A stretch of DNA of 64,000 nucleotides. It comes from Candidatus Nitrospinota bacterium M3_3B_026. Lineage in GTDB: Bacteria > Nitrospinota_A > UBA7883 > JBPRGF01. The notes below the pieces were generated by a model. It was not told where the DNA came from and made no database searches. It saw only the letters and a list, made by a program, of their open reading frames with translations. Positions 10,431 through 21,249 of this stretch are shown here, piece by piece. The stretch spans positions 128,001 to 192,000 of the forward strand of contig JBPRGF010000029.1 of assembly GCA_051418015.1 (NCBI GenBank), in the 5' to 3' direction. Position numbers and translations under genes: made by a program. Positions within the stretch are counted from its first letter, which is position 1. Each line of letters starts with the position of its first letter.

Positions 10431-10610
10431 CACGGCGCCCTTGCTGGCTCCAGGCTAAACCGCGGGCCGGGGCGGCCGATAAGCAGGAAGGCCCGCCGCT
10501 TTCGGCATGGCCGGGGAATCTGCTATCCTGAAACGTGGCGCCTCCGGGGAAACGGCCCCGGAAGGCGGAGAAAACAGCAGGCGCAAGGGCGAATGGAAAA
10601 AGAAGGCTTC

Positions 10611-11627
10611 ATGCATCCGGCTTTCGTGATAATAAGCGGCGGCGCCCGCCCCGCGTCCTTGAGGCGTCTTGTCCGAAGCATCGTCTCCCAGGACGTGCCG
10701 CGCCGCCAGATCATCGTGGTGGGAGAACATGAAGACTCCCTGCCCGTCGGCGTGACTTTCATTCCCGCCGCGGACCTTGCCGCCCGCGCGGAGATCTGCC
10801 GGATGCGCAATATCGGGATAGACGCCTCGGAGGGCGGCCCGGTGATTCTGCTGGACGACGACGTGGAGTTTCCGCCGGGGTGGTACGCGGATATCAGGGA
10901 GAGGCTGTCGCGTCCGTTCGATCTTCTCACCTGCCGGGTTCTGCTGCCCACCGGGGAGCGGTGGTATGACTGGAGCTGGGCCAGCAGGGAGGACCCCCTG
11001 TGCCCGCCGAGGATGCTCGGCTACTCCGAGAAGAGCGAAAACGTCTACATCAGCGGGTGCATGATGATAATCGCCCGCCGCGTCTTCGAAAAGGTCCGGT
11101 TCGACGAGAACCTGATGAACCACCAGCGCGACGATGTCGATTTCTGCCACAGGGCCGTCAGCGCCGGGTTCGACATCGACGTTTTCACCGGAGCTTACGT
11201 CATCCATCACCTTGAGCCCGCGGGAAGGTCGGCGGCCGACCCCGCCTCCGGGACGGCGGATTTTTCGCGGGCGGTTTATCTATACAGGCTGGGGCGGCTT
11301 GCGGAGGCTTTGGAGATTTTTGACGCGCTCGGGGAATCGGACAGGGTGAAGGCGCCGTACCATGGCGCCCTGTGCCTCATCGGGCTGGGACGAGGCGCGG
11401 AGGCGGAGAAAAGGTTAAACATCGCCGTGGAAAACGCCGATTTAGCCGATGTGGAGCAAAGACGGATATACTACCGCGCCCATTACCGTCTCGGCGCGCT
11501 GCTGGAGGGCGAATGGCGGCTCGGCGAGGCCGCCGCGAGCTACCGCAAGGCGCTCGAGGGGATGCCGGAGCATCACGAGGCGGCGATGGGCCTTCATCGC
11601 CTGGCGGGAGGCGCGGCGGCGAAATGA
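10611..11627 (+). CDS. Family 2 glycosyltransferase with C-terminal TPRs
   Basis: RNIG...LLDDD, GC.MI, FDENL..DVDFC GT-A motifs then TPR-like helices; start could be 10593. Confidence 0.85.
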   Translation: MHPAFVIISGGARPASLRRLVRSIVSQDVPRRQIIVVGEHEDSLPVGVTFIPAADLAARAEICRMRNIGIDASEGGPVILLDDDVEFPPGWYADIRERLSRPFDLLTCRVLLPTGERWYDWSWASREDPLCPPRMLGYSEKSENVYISGCMMIIARRVFEKVRFDENLMNHQRDDVDFCHRAVSAGFDIDVFTGAYVIHHLEPAGRSAADPASGTADFSRAVYLYRLGRLAEALEIFDALGESDRVKAPYHGALCLIGLGRGAEAEKRLNIAVENADLADVEQRRIYYRAHYRLGALLEGEWRLGEAAASYRKALEGMPEHHEAAMGLHRLAGGAAAK

Positions 11628-13414
11628 GGATAGCGCTGGCCAACTCCGTCGGCGTGGACAGCGCCGGGTGGAGCATCATCGCATACCCCAGCAGGTGGAC
11701 GACCGCCTCGAAGGGGCATGACGAGGCGCCGGTCTATTACCCGCGCGATCTTGGCTACCTGAGCGCTCTTCTGAAAAGGGACACACCCCACGAGGCGAGG
11801 TTGTTCGACGGGTGCCTTTCGCGCATGGGCAGGGAGGAGTACGCCGCCGCGATCGCGGAGTTCGGCCCGGACTGGCTTGTCATGGAAAACTCCACGCGGA
11901 CATTCGATGAGGACAGGCTGCTCGCCGAGGAGGTGAAAAAGAGAACCGGCGCGAGGATATTCCTGACCGGGCAGCACGCCACGGCCTTCCCGGAGGAGGT
12001 TCTCTCTTTCGCCGACGCCGTGGCGAAGGGGGAGTATTTGAAGTCCGCGCTTGACTTTTTCCGCTCCGGCGCACGCGGCGGAGGGGTCATCGGGTTCGAC
12101 CCGGAAAGATCGCTGATAGACGTGGCCTCGCTCCCCTTCCCCGAGGACGAGGACGTAAGCCGCTACGACTACGCCCTGAGGGCGGACAACATCTGCGAGT
12201 ATCGCCAGATACAGGTCTATGCCACGCGGGGCTGCCCCTACGGCTGCTCCTACTGCGTGGCGCGCCACGCCTACTACGGCGCTCCCTCGTGGCGGGCCCG
12301 GCCTGTGGAGAGCGTGATCGGGGAGCTTTCATACCTCGCGGAGAAGTACCCCGGCCTGGAGGGGTTCTTTTTCGACGACGAGATCCACAACGCGAAAATC
12401 TCCTACGTGAAAGAGCTGGCCAGGGCGATAAAAGCCGCCGGGCTGAACGGATACAAGTACGAGGCGATGCTCGCCTACGCCCCTTTCGACTCCGAGGCCC
12501 TGGAGCTTATGAAGGAGGCTGGCTACTACAAGGTCCGGGTGGGGATAGAGACCGCGAGCGAGGCCGCGGCGGAGGGGATGGGGCTGAAAGGCAAACACAG
12601 GCCGGAGAGGCTGGAATGGTTTTTGACGAAGGCCAGGGAGGTGGGGATCAAGGTCTACGGGACGTTCACTGTCGGCGGGCGCGGGTCCAGCGCTGAAGAA
12701 GACGGCAAGACCATCCGGCTGATGGCCGGGCTCCTCGAGGAGGGCTTGATATCCGACTGCCAGGTGTCGATAGCCACGCCGCAACCGGGGGCGCCTTTCT
12801 ACGACTGGGCGTTGGGGGAGGGGTTGATGAAGACCCGCGACTGGCGTCTGTTCGACGGCGGGGAGGAGGCGGTGGTCTCGCTGCCCGGCTACGCGGCCGA
12901 GGAGATAAAAGAGACGCGCCGCCTGGCCCTCCGCGCCTATGACGGGGCCAGAAGAAGGCGCGGCGCGGCGCTCTTTGAGAGCAACGCGGGAAAGCTCGGC
13001 GACGTCATCGGCTTCCGGCCCGGGCGGGTTCTGGTCTTTCGCTCCAGCAGGGACTGGGTCCTGAACCTGCTCCTTGAAACTTTGTTCAGGACGTGGGACT
13101 GCGAGGTTTTCTTTCTCTGCCACGAGTCCCTGGCGGCCGAATACGTGGTCCGGTATCCATCCATCCGCGTAATCCCGTACCGCTACGACGGGTTTTTGAG
13201 CTGGGAGAGGCTGGACGGCGAGGCGAGGCAGGCCCTGGCCGAGTCCGCGGCGGACCTTGCCCTGATCCCCGCCAACACCCGCCACCTGCGCGGCTACGGC
13301 AACGTCCTCGAGATCGCGGAGAAGGCAGGAGCGGGGGCGATCGTTTACGTAAACCCCGACGGCGAGCTCGTCCGCTCCGCCGGACACGGCGCCCCCGGCG
13401 CGGCGGCGAGATGA
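11624..13414 (+). CDS. Cobalamin-binding radical SAM enzyme with extra C-terminal Rossmann-like domain
   Basis: B12-binding N-domain (LGYLSA, G.HAT), TRGCPYGCSYC, FFDDE, GIET; ATGA overlap with upstream gene. Confidence 0.88.
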   Translation: MRIALANSVGVDSAGWSIIAYPSRWTTASKGHDEAPVYYPRDLGYLSALLKRDTPHEARLFDGCLSRMGREEYAAAIAEFGPDWLVMENSTRTFDEDRLLAEEVKKRTGARIFLTGQHATAFPEEVLSFADAVAKGEYLKSALDFFRSGARGGGVIGFDPERSLIDVASLPFPEDEDVSRYDYALRADNICEYRQIQVYATRGCPYGCSYCVARHAYYGAPSWRARPVESVIGELSYLAEKYPGLEGFFFDDEIHNAKISYVKELARAIKAAGLNGYKYEAMLAYAPFDSEALELMKEAGYYKVRVGIETASEAAAEGMGLKGKHRPERLEWFLTKAREVGIKVYGTFTVGGRGSSAEEDGKTIRLMAGLLEEGLISDCQVSIATPQPGAPFYDWALGEGLMKTRDWRLFDGGEEAVVSLPGYAAEEIKETRRLALRAYDGARRRRGAALFESNAGKLGDVIGFRPGRVLVFRSSRDWVLNLLLETLFRTWDCEVFFLCHESLAAEYVVRYPSIRVIPYRYDGFLSWERLDGEARQALAESAADLALIPANTRHLRGYGNVLEIAEKAGAGAIVYVNPDGELVRSAGHGAPGAAAR

Positions 13415-13520
13415 AGAGCGGCGGGTGGCCCCGCTATAATTATCGTTAGACAATGATGGAACTACTGTTAATTTTCAACGCCGGCCCCTTGCTTGACGCC
13501 GTTTCGGGGTTTTTGGGTTC

Positions 13521-15059
13521 ATGACCACTGAAACCCCGACGGCGCTGATGTTCCGCTCTGTGCCGGCCGACGTTTTCCCCAGATACCTCGCCACGGCCAA
13601 GTCGCTTTTAAATGGAGAGGTGATAAACGTTCTGGCCAGGGAGCCGGCCCCGGCCGGGATCGAGGGCCATGGCGTCGTGGTCACCACCTATCCGGCGGAT
13701 CTCAACAGACTGACGGCGAGCCATATGCCGCGGCTTGGTCTTTTGCCATCCTCCTACGACACCGTCTTTATTCCCTGCCTGGGGGGCGCGCCGATGAACA
13801 ATCTCATCGAGATGGCCCTGAGCGCCGCCCGGCGCAGGGTGGCGCTGATATTCGAGGACCAGTCGCTCAGGATAGCTGACGCGCCGGACCCGGCGCGGGA
13901 CGGAGACGGGGAATCTTTTGACAAGCTGAAAAGATATTACGAATTTTTCTATCGTGGAGGCGACTTCGCGCTCAACAACGCCATCAGCCTGCTGGAGGCG
14001 AAGCTAGGCAGAGTCAGGGTCGAATCCAAACCGCTCCATGCCTGCGTCGCGCTGACGGACAGGTGCGACGTGCGGTGCAACTTCTGCTGCAAGCATGACA
14101 AGGATTACAAGCGTCTGCCGCTGAACGAGTATAAACGCCTGCTGGAGCCGATCCTGCCGACATTGAACACGCTCAGCTGGGAAGGCAACGGCGAGGCCAT
14201 CGAGCACCCCAGTTTCATAGAAGCGGCCCGATGGGCCGACGAGGGTCTGCCGGAAAACGCGAAGATGATCCTCATCACCAACGGCAAGGGGATGGAGGGG
14301 GAGGTGGCGGAGATCGTCGCGGGGCTCAAGTTCGTGGATGTCAATTTTTCGTTGAACGCGGCTTCGGACGACAGTTACCGGAGGATCGTCAAAGGCGGGG
14401 ATTTCCAGCGGGCGTTGCGGAATCTCAGGAATTTCCTGAAGCTTCGGAAACGGCCCGGAAGACCAGACCTTTCCGTCACGATATCCATGCCGCTGACGAG
14501 GGACAACATCCTTGAGGGCGCAAGGTTTATAGACATCGGCGAAGAGCTTGGCGTGGACGCGGTCTACATCCGTCCCATGGCGCTGACGCCGCTTGCGTTG
14601 AAGGAGGCCGACTTCGAGTATTACCACTCCCTGGCCCCCGACGACGCATCCGTGCGAAAGGGGGTGGGGTTGATAGAGGAGCGGATGAGGACGGCGTCCG
14701 TCAAAATCTTTTTCGACCCGGCCAAGATAGCGCATTTCTACGAGGCGGTGAGAAGGAAGTATTCGCGGAAAATCCCTCACAAGGAGTTTTCGGGCGTGGC
14801 GCGCGAGGATTTCCGGGAGGAGTTCCGCTGCGCGAGGCCGTGGACGGATTACAATAACTTCTTTGTTGACTATCGGTTCGCGCCGTGTTGCTATGCGCCG
14901 GCCTACGGTGTCGTGACGGAGGAGGCGCGCGGGCGAGTGTTCGGCGAGTTGTGGAACGGGGAAACGTACCGGATGATGAGGGGAAAGGTCAACTCGTCGT
15001 CCCCTCCCTTGCCATGCAGGCTGTGCGAGAACTGGCAGGCGGTGGAGACAGTGTTTTAA
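13521..15059 (+). CDS. Radical SAM protein with SPASM/twitch domain
   Basis: CDVRCNFC, GNGEA, ITNG; C-terminal C..PW...PCC...ELWNG...CRLC. Confidence 0.88.
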   Translation: MTTETPTALMFRSVPADVFPRYLATAKSLLNGEVINVLAREPAPAGIEGHGVVVTTYPADLNRLTASHMPRLGLLPSSYDTVFIPCLGGAPMNNLIEMALSAARRRVALIFEDQSLRIADAPDPARDGDGESFDKLKRYYEFFYRGGDFALNNAISLLEAKLGRVRVESKPLHACVALTDRCDVRCNFCCKHDKDYKRLPLNEYKRLLEPILPTLNTLSWEGNGEAIEHPSFIEAARWADEGLPENAKMILITNGKGMEGEVAEIVAGLKFVDVNFSLNAASDDSYRRIVKGGDFQRALRNLRNFLKLRKRPGRPDLSVTISMPLTRDNILEGARFIDIGEELGVDAVYIRPMALTPLALKEADFEYYHSLAPDDASVRKGVGLIEERMRTASVKIFFDPAKIAHFYEAVRRKYSRKIPHKEFSGVAREDFREEFRCARPWTDYNNFFVDYRFAPCCYAPAYGVVTEEARGRVFGELWNGETYRMMRGKVNSSSPPLPCRLCENWQAVETVF

Positions 15060-15069
15060 TCTCTGGTTA

Positions 15070-16548
15070 ATGGGAAAATTTCAAGGTCGAGCCATGGGAA
15101 AAACGAGACGGAGCCGGAAAAAGAAAATACTCTGGTTGACTAACATAAACGAGATCGAATACGACATCCAGAAAATGTTCGCGAAAATGGCGGGCTACGA
15201 TTTGAAGATAGCCGTTCCTTCAGCGAACAACAACTACTTTTTCCCTGTGGACGTGGACATAGCCTACACGAACATGATAAGCGAGCAGATGATAACAAGG
15301 GCTTTGCGGGAATATGCGCCCGATATCATGGTCCATCGCTACCGTCAACCCATCGACCCGATCCTGGACTCGGCCATGAGCACGAACACCCGCGTTCTCG
15401 TCTGGGTAACCGAGCAGGGGCCCGAGAGGAACACCGAGATACAGCGGGCGCTCAATTTCCACAACGTTATAGTCAACAACGAGGCGGATTATAAAAGCTA
15501 CAGGCGCGCCGGGGTGGAGAACGTCTACTACATGCCCTTCTGCTGCGTGCCGGAGGTTCACAGGCGCGTAAAGGCTCCGGCGAAGTACAGAACGGATGTC
15601 GTCTGCTACGGGAACCCGCTTTATAAGCGTTATAAGTCAAAAAGACAAGCCATCGACACACTAGTGAAGCCCCTAATCGAGAAGAACCATGACATCTCCC
15701 TGTGGGGCATGGCGAAGGGGTACGGCGGCTGGCTTGAGATACCATACGTCAAGGACAGGGTCCACTACCGCGGCGTGTTCCCCTACGAGGATCTGCCCAA
15801 GGTGAACTCCGGGGCGAAGATAGTCCTCGGGATCACCGCCAACGCCGAGTACGGCGCCTACGGCAGCCGGCTCGCCCGGGCGCTGGGCTGCGGCTCTTTC
15901 GTGATCTGGCATTATACGAAGGGGATGGAGAACTATTTCGAGAACCACAAACAGCTCTGCTGGTCGTCGTCGCCGGAGGAGACCCTGGAGCTTGTCAGGT
16001 ACTACCTGAAACACGACAGGGAGCGGGAGAAGATCGCCAAGGAAGGGCAGCGCTACGCTTACGAGCATCTGAACTACAAAAAGCGGCTGATTCCTATCAT
16101 CGAGGACGTGTTGAGCCAGGGGGAGGTGAAAAACGCCTCGCGCTGGTACCAGAAGTTGGCGGCGTTCCGCGAGTCATACATTTTCGGCGATTATGGTGAG
16201 GCGCTTTCGCGGGGCGAGAGGATACTGTCCAACGGCGGCGCGCCGAGAGGGATAGAGAGCGAGATTTATTTCTACATGGGCAATATACGCTTCCAGCGTG
16301 GCGAGACCGAGGCCGCCGTGAACCTCTACTCGAAGGCGACAAGAAAGAGCAAAAGACCGGAGCTTTACAACAACAAGGGCGTGGCCATGCTCCATCTGGG
16401 CGAGCATGAAAAAGCGAAAAGGCTCATTTCGAGCGCGCTGAAACAGAGGGCCGGGTACAAGGACGCCGATTTCAATCTGATGTTCCTGCGGCTCAATCCC
16501 GGCGCGAAGTTGAACCTAAAGCTCACCCACCGCCTGATAAGGGAGTAG
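15070..16548 (+). CDS. CgeB-like glycosyltransferase with C-terminal TPRs
   Basis: YMPFC, DVVCYG, KIVLGI, R...ALGCG.F, YYLKHDREREKIAKEG; TPR NNKGVA; start may be 15094. Confidence 0.8.
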   Translation: MGKFQGRAMGKTRRSRKKKILWLTNINEIEYDIQKMFAKMAGYDLKIAVPSANNNYFFPVDVDIAYTNMISEQMITRALREYAPDIMVHRYRQPIDPILDSAMSTNTRVLVWVTEQGPERNTEIQRALNFHNVIVNNEADYKSYRRAGVENVYYMPFCCVPEVHRRVKAPAKYRTDVVCYGNPLYKRYKSKRQAIDTLVKPLIEKNHDISLWGMAKGYGGWLEIPYVKDRVHYRGVFPYEDLPKVNSGAKIVLGITANAEYGAYGSRLARALGCGSFVIWHYTKGMENYFENHKQLCWSSSPEETLELVRYYLKHDREREKIAKEGQRYAYEHLNYKKRLIPIIEDVLSQGEVKNASRWYQKLAAFRESYIFGDYGEALSRGERILSNGGAPRGIESEIYFYMGNIRFQRGETEAAVNLYSKATRKSKRPELYNNKGVAMLHLGEHEKAKRLISSALKQRAGYKDADFNLMFLRLNPGAKLNLKLTHRLIRE

Positions 16549-16709
16549 GCGCGGCCCGGCCGCCTGGCTCTCCCGCGGCTAAAGATCAAACCGCGGCGGG
16601 CCGATAAATATGTTGATTTACATGAGCCAGACCCGCCCGGACAGGCCACGGGTGTTGTAATATAATCGGAGACTCGAAAGGCGTTAACCACATCTTTAAA
16701 AACCGCGTT

Positions 16710-18038
16710 ATGAAATCATTTGCGAAAAAGGATTTTCTGGAGGGGAAAGCCAGAATCGGCGTGTGGGGCGCTGGGTTCATCGGTGGCACAACGGCGATGG
16801 CCTACGCCAGCGAGGGGGTCAAGGTCATCTGCTACGATATCAATCCCAATGTCGCGCTGGATATCAACAGGGGCGTCCTCGGTGTGACGAACCTGGAGTA
16901 CTGGTTCGGCGCCACGATGAAGGAGTTTATTGACGGCGGGCTCATCCGCGCCACGAGCGACTGGGAGGAGATGCGCGCCGATGACATCAAGGCGCATTTC
17001 ATCGCGGTCCCGACGGAGCGGGAGGGAGCGCCCTGGGACGATGCCATCCTGGACGTCCTGGGTAAGCTGGGGGACTGCGCTGGCGATCTCGTCATCATCG
17101 AAAGCACATTGACTCCCGGCAGGATCGACAGAATGCTCACCGACGGGCTCAACATAGGCGTCGCCCCCCGGCGGGACTGGTTCCATTCACCGGACAAGAA
17201 TCTCAAGAACCTGCCCCGCGTTTTCGCTGGGGTCTCTCCACAGACCACGGAGATGATGCGCGAGGTGTTGTCCATCGTGTGCGACAACCTGCTGGCCGCG
17301 TCGGACCACCGGGTGGCGGAGCTCGTGAAATCCGTGGAGAACGCCCTCCTGCACGTCCCCGCCGTCCTGGCCACCCAACTCGTCCACGCCTACCCTGACA
17401 TTGATATAGACGAGGTGCTCAGCCTCGCCGCCACACATTGGAGAATACCCAAGTACTACCCCTCTTTCGGCACTGGAGGGTACTGCATACCGTTGTCGAG
17501 CAAATATGTCCTTCTCGGCTCGAGCAGGCCGGAGTCCCTTTCGATTCTGAAGTCCGCCGTGGAGTTCGACGCCGCCGAGCCCTACTATGTCGCTGAACGC
17601 GCGATAAGGGAGTCGCAGGGGGACAAGACTCTGGTTATGGGGATATCATACAAGGGAGATCTCAAGGTCCATGAGCTTTCGCCGGCCATCAAGATCATAG
17701 AGCGCCTTGTATCGAGCGGCAGGAGGATATTTGTCAATGACCCCTATTACTCCGAGGAGGAGATAAGCCGTCTTTTCAATGGAAAAGTGACTCCCTATGA
17801 CATAAAGGCCGGGCTCGACGGGTTCGATTCAATCGTCATAGTCACCGATCACAAGATGTACGGGCGGATACCGCTGAGGAGGCTCACCGGCGAACTCAAG
17901 GAGGGGTGCGCCGTTTTCGACAATTACGGGATATGGAAAAAGTTCAAAAAACCTCTGGAGAACACGGGGGTCAGGTACTACAAGGTGGGGCAAAGGGGAT
18001 ATGTCGACGACGGCGTCAGATCCGGCGCCTGCCTCTGA
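16710..18038 (+). CDS. Nucleotide-sugar dehydrogenase (UDP-ManNAc/UDP-glucose dehydrogenase family, WecC-like)
   Basis: GAGFIG Rossmann motif, IAVPT, IIEST, ELVKSVEN, GGYCIP catalytic Cys, GISYKGD. Confidence 0.88.
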   Translation: MKSFAKKDFLEGKARIGVWGAGFIGGTTAMAYASEGVKVICYDINPNVALDINRGVLGVTNLEYWFGATMKEFIDGGLIRATSDWEEMRADDIKAHFIAVPTEREGAPWDDAILDVLGKLGDCAGDLVIIESTLTPGRIDRMLTDGLNIGVAPRRDWFHSPDKNLKNLPRVFAGVSPQTTEMMREVLSIVCDNLLAASDHRVAELVKSVENALLHVPAVLATQLVHAYPDIDIDEVLSLAATHWRIPKYYPSFGTGGYCIPLSSKYVLLGSSRPESLSILKSAVEFDAAEPYYVAERAIRESQGDKTLVMGISYKGDLKVHELSPAIKIIERLVSSGRRIFVNDPYYSEEEISRLFNGKVTPYDIKAGLDGFDSIVIVTDHKMYGRIPLRRLTGELKEGCAVFDNYGIWKKFKKPLENTGVRYYKVGQRGYVDDGVRSGACL

Positions 18039-19086
18039 CAGCAGGGTGAAAATGCCCGGGCCGGATCATCGATTCAGCGTTTACAAGATGATCCATCACG
18101 ACATGCGTTCGCCCTGGCCCATTCATGTCCAGATGGATATCACGGGCTCGTGCAATCACGGATGCGTGTTCTGCTACTGGCGCAAGGGGGCCAGGAACCA
18201 GAATTACAAGGGCGACTACATAAAGGAGATACCTTATCTCGAGACGGAGACCGTGCTGAAGGCTCTGGACGAGTTCAGGGACGCCGGGGTCAAGGCGATA
18301 ACCTTCGTCGGAGGCGGCGAGCCCCTCATCCACAAGGACATCGACAAAATCCTCCGCCGCGTGATTGACAACGGGTTTCACTTCGGCGTCATCACCAACC
18401 TCAGCCGCCTTCCCGGCAGCCTGGACGCCCTGGCGGCGGCGGACTGGATCCGGGTGAGCCTGGACGCCGCCACGGACGACGCCTACCAGCTCATGCACGC
18501 CCCGGAGGACGGGACAACCCTCGCCGCCGCCCTGGAGAACGTAAAGCGAGTCGTCGGGCGGACTGAGGTGGGGGCCAGCTTCATGGTCCACAGGCTCAAC
18601 AGGAACGAGATTTACAAGGCCGCCGAGACGATGAAATCCCTCGGCGCGAGGTATATCCAGTTCAAGCCGGTGTACGACAAAGACAGGGGAAAAAGCATCG
18701 CCGATTTCATGGACGAGATAAAGCGTCAGCTGGACGCGGCATCGGCCCTCTCGGACGAGGGGTTCGAGGTGGTGGACCTTTTGAGCAGGGTGGGGCAGAT
18801 GTCGGCGGCCTCGAGGGGGTTTGACATCTGCCGGATACATAACTACCAGATACAGCTCGGCGTCGACGGAAACATATACCCTTGCTGCGTCCTGAAATAT
18901 GTCGGGGAATTTTCCTTCGGGAATATCCGCGATTCCGCGTTCAAGGAGATCTGGAACTCGGCGAAAAGAAAAGATGTCGTCCCCAGGCTGAACTCGCGTG
19001 ACTGCCCCAACTGCTGGTTCGACAAGACCAACGAGTTCCTGGAGTACTCTCTCGCCGAGAAGACGGCTCATGCCTATTTCGTTTAG
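18001..19086 (+). CDS. Radical SAM protein with SPASM/twitch domain
   Basis: CNHGCVFC, GGGEP, DGNIYPCC, GNI...EIWNS, CPNC; start could be 18052. Confidence 0.9.
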   Translation: MSTTASDPAPASDSRVKMPGPDHRFSVYKMIHHDMRSPWPIHVQMDITGSCNHGCVFCYWRKGARNQNYKGDYIKEIPYLETETVLKALDEFRDAGVKAITFVGGGEPLIHKDIDKILRRVIDNGFHFGVITNLSRLPGSLDALAAADWIRVSLDAATDDAYQLMHAPEDGTTLAAALENVKRVVGRTEVGASFMVHRLNRNEIYKAAETMKSLGARYIQFKPVYDKDRGKSIADFMDEIKRQLDAASALSDEGFEVVDLLSRVGQMSAASRGFDICRIHNYQIQLGVDGNIYPCCVLKYVGEFSFGNIRDSAFKEIWNSAKRKDVVPRLNSRDCPNCWFDKTNEFLEYSLAEKTAHAYFV

Positions 19087-19115
19087 GGCGGCATGAGCTG
19101 CCAAACGGCCTTCGG

Positions 19116-20246
19116 ATGATGAGAAAACCGGTTGTCGTAATAGTGGGTACCCGCCCGGAGTTTCTGAAAATGGCTCCGGTGGTGTGGGCCATGAGAAAGA
19201 TCGAGTCGCTGTTCCCCTACGTGATATCCACCGGCCAGCACAGGGAGCTTCTCGACGAGTTGGAGCAGGAGCTCGGGATACGGCCTGATGAGGATTTGCG
19301 GATAATGGCGCGGGACCAGACCCTGACCGATGTCATGGGGAAGGTTCTCTCCCTTCTTCCCCCGCGGCTCAGGGAGATAAAGCCAGCCGCGGTCCTCGTG
19401 CAGGGGGATACGAGCACGGCCTTCGCCGCTGCCGCCGCGGCGTTTTCCGAAAAGATACCCGTGGGGCATGTCGAGGCGGGGCTGAGAACGCATGACAAAT
19501 GGAGGCCGTTCCCCGAAGAGATGAACAGGAGACTCATCTCCCCGTTGGCCGACTTCCATTTCGCCCCCAGCGACAGGGCGACGGGAAACCTCGCAAGGGA
19601 GGGGATCGAGACGAACGTGTTCATGACTGGCAACACCATAATAGACACGTTGAAGTTCCTGTCGAACGGCGTCAGGCCCGCATCGAACCGTGATCTTGGA
19701 GACTTCCTGCGCCTTGAGACGCCCTACTTTTTCGTGACGGCGCACAGGAGGGAGAACTGGGGGGAGCCTCTGGAGACGATATGCTCCGCCGTGAAAAATC
19801 TCGCGGACAGGGGGTATAACTTCTTGTGGGCGGCGCACCCCAATCCAAAAGTGCGCGACACTGTATATTCGGCGCTGGGAGGGCACGAGAGGGTCAGGCT
19901 CGTCGAGCCGCTCGATTATGTCGACTGCCTCAAAGCGATCAGAATGAGCGTCGCCGTCCTCACCGACTCGGGAGGGATACAGGAGGAGGCCGCCGCTTTC
20001 GGCAAACCGGTCTTTGTGCTCAGGGAGTCAACCGAGCGTCAGGAAATCGTCGAGGAGGGGCTGGCCAAGCTCGTCGGCCACAGGGCGGAGATCATCGTCT
20101 CCCACGTGGAGAGTCTCGGGGCCCCGCGCCTTCTCGGGAACAACGGCGGGCCGGGGCGAAGATACCTGTATGGCGACGGCGCCGCGGGCGAAAAAATAGT
20201 CGATATCCTGGAAAAAAGCCTCGCGGAGCTCGCCGGCTCCCTGTGA
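19116..20246 (+). CDS. wecB: UDP-N-acetylglucosamine 2-epimerase (non-hydrolysing)
   Basis: GTRPE, TGQH, VQGDT, HVEAGLR, PEEMNR, HRREN, TDSGGIQEE, YGDG. Confidence 0.95.
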   Translation: MMRKPVVVIVGTRPEFLKMAPVVWAMRKIESLFPYVISTGQHRELLDELEQELGIRPDEDLRIMARDQTLTDVMGKVLSLLPPRLREIKPAAVLVQGDTSTAFAAAAAAFSEKIPVGHVEAGLRTHDKWRPFPEEMNRRLISPLADFHFAPSDRATGNLAREGIETNVFMTGNTIIDTLKFLSNGVRPASNRDLGDFLRLETPYFFVTAHRRENWGEPLETICSAVKNLADRGYNFLWAAHPNPKVRDTVYSALGGHERVRLVEPLDYVDCLKAIRMSVAVLTDSGGIQEEAAAFGKPVFVLRESTERQEIVEEGLAKLVGHRAEIIVSHVESLGAPRLLGNNGGPGRRYLYGDGAAGEKIVDILEKSLAELAGSL

Positions 20247-20256
20247 CCATAAGCCG

Positions 20257-21249
20257 ATGAGACTCGATAGGGGCGCCTGGCTGGTCACCGGCGGAGCGGG
20301 ATTTATCGGGTCCCACGTGGTGGACGCGGCTCTGCTCGAGGACGCCGGGGCGGTGGTGGCCCTGGATAACCTGCTTTCCGGGCGGCGGGACAACCTTTCG
20401 CACATCAGGGACGAAAGATTCCGTTTCGTCGAGGGGGACTACGGCGACGGCCCCCTCCTGGACAGGCTCTTCGCGGAATTTCGCTTTACCCATGTCCTCC
20501 ACGTCGGCGCGGTGGCCGGCTACGCCAGGGGCGCGGAAAACCCCGAGAGGTGCCTGAGGGGCAACGTCATCGGAACATACACCTTGCTGGAGAAGGCAAA
20601 GAAGCGCGGCGTTGTCTCGTTCGTGTACGCCTCCTCCTCAGGCATATACGGAGACGGTGATATCCTGCCCATAAAGGAGGGAGCGCCGGACAGGCCCAGG
20701 GCGGTATACACGGTGTCCAAGCAGGCGGCGGAGAACCTCTGTCTGACCTTCAACAAGCTCCACGGCGTGAACGCCGTCTCGCTGCGTTTCAACAACGCCT
20801 ACGGGCCGAGGGAGCGCGGCGATGAGTATACCGGTGTGGCGGCGAGATTTCTCCGGAACGCCCTTTCCGGCGAGCCGCTTACCGTCATGGGGACGGGGGA
20901 CGAGACGAGGGACTTCATTTATGTCACGGACCTTGCGAAGGCCGTCGTCATGGCCGCTAAGGCGGACGGTCTTGGGGGGGAGATAGTGAACATCGGCGGC
21001 GGCGTCGAAACGCGGATCGCCGGCCTGGCGGAGAGAATTCTGGACATCACGGGGAGGCGGCGTGAAGGGATGATAAAGAGCGCGCCCCCCCTGCCGGACA
21101 GGGTGAAGCGAAAATCGACAAGCGTTGAGAAAGCGGAGCGAACGCTCGGGTTCAGGGCCGAGATATCCCTCGATGAGGGTTTAAGGAGGACGGCGGCGTG
21201 GATGGCGGAGGCGTTAGCTCTTACGCCGCAAAAGGGGGAAGCGGGATGA
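20257..21249 (+). CDS. NAD-dependent epimerase/dehydratase (extended SDR)
   Basis: TGGAGFIGSH, YASSS, YTVSK, R..NAYGP, RDFIYV. Confidence 0.92.
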   Translation: MRLDRGAWLVTGGAGFIGSHVVDAALLEDAGAVVALDNLLSGRRDNLSHIRDERFRFVEGDYGDGPLLDRLFAEFRFTHVLHVGAVAGYARGAENPERCLRGNVIGTYTLLEKAKKRGVVSFVYASSSGIYGDGDILPIKEGAPDRPRAVYTVSKQAAENLCLTFNKLHGVNAVSLRFNNAYGPRERGDEYTGVAARFLRNALSGEPLTVMGTGDETRDFIYVTDLAKAVVMAAKADGLGGEIVNIGGGVETRIAGLAERILDITGRRREGMIKSAPPLPDRVKRKSTSVEKAERTLGFRAEISLDEGLRRTAAWMAEALALTPQKGEAG

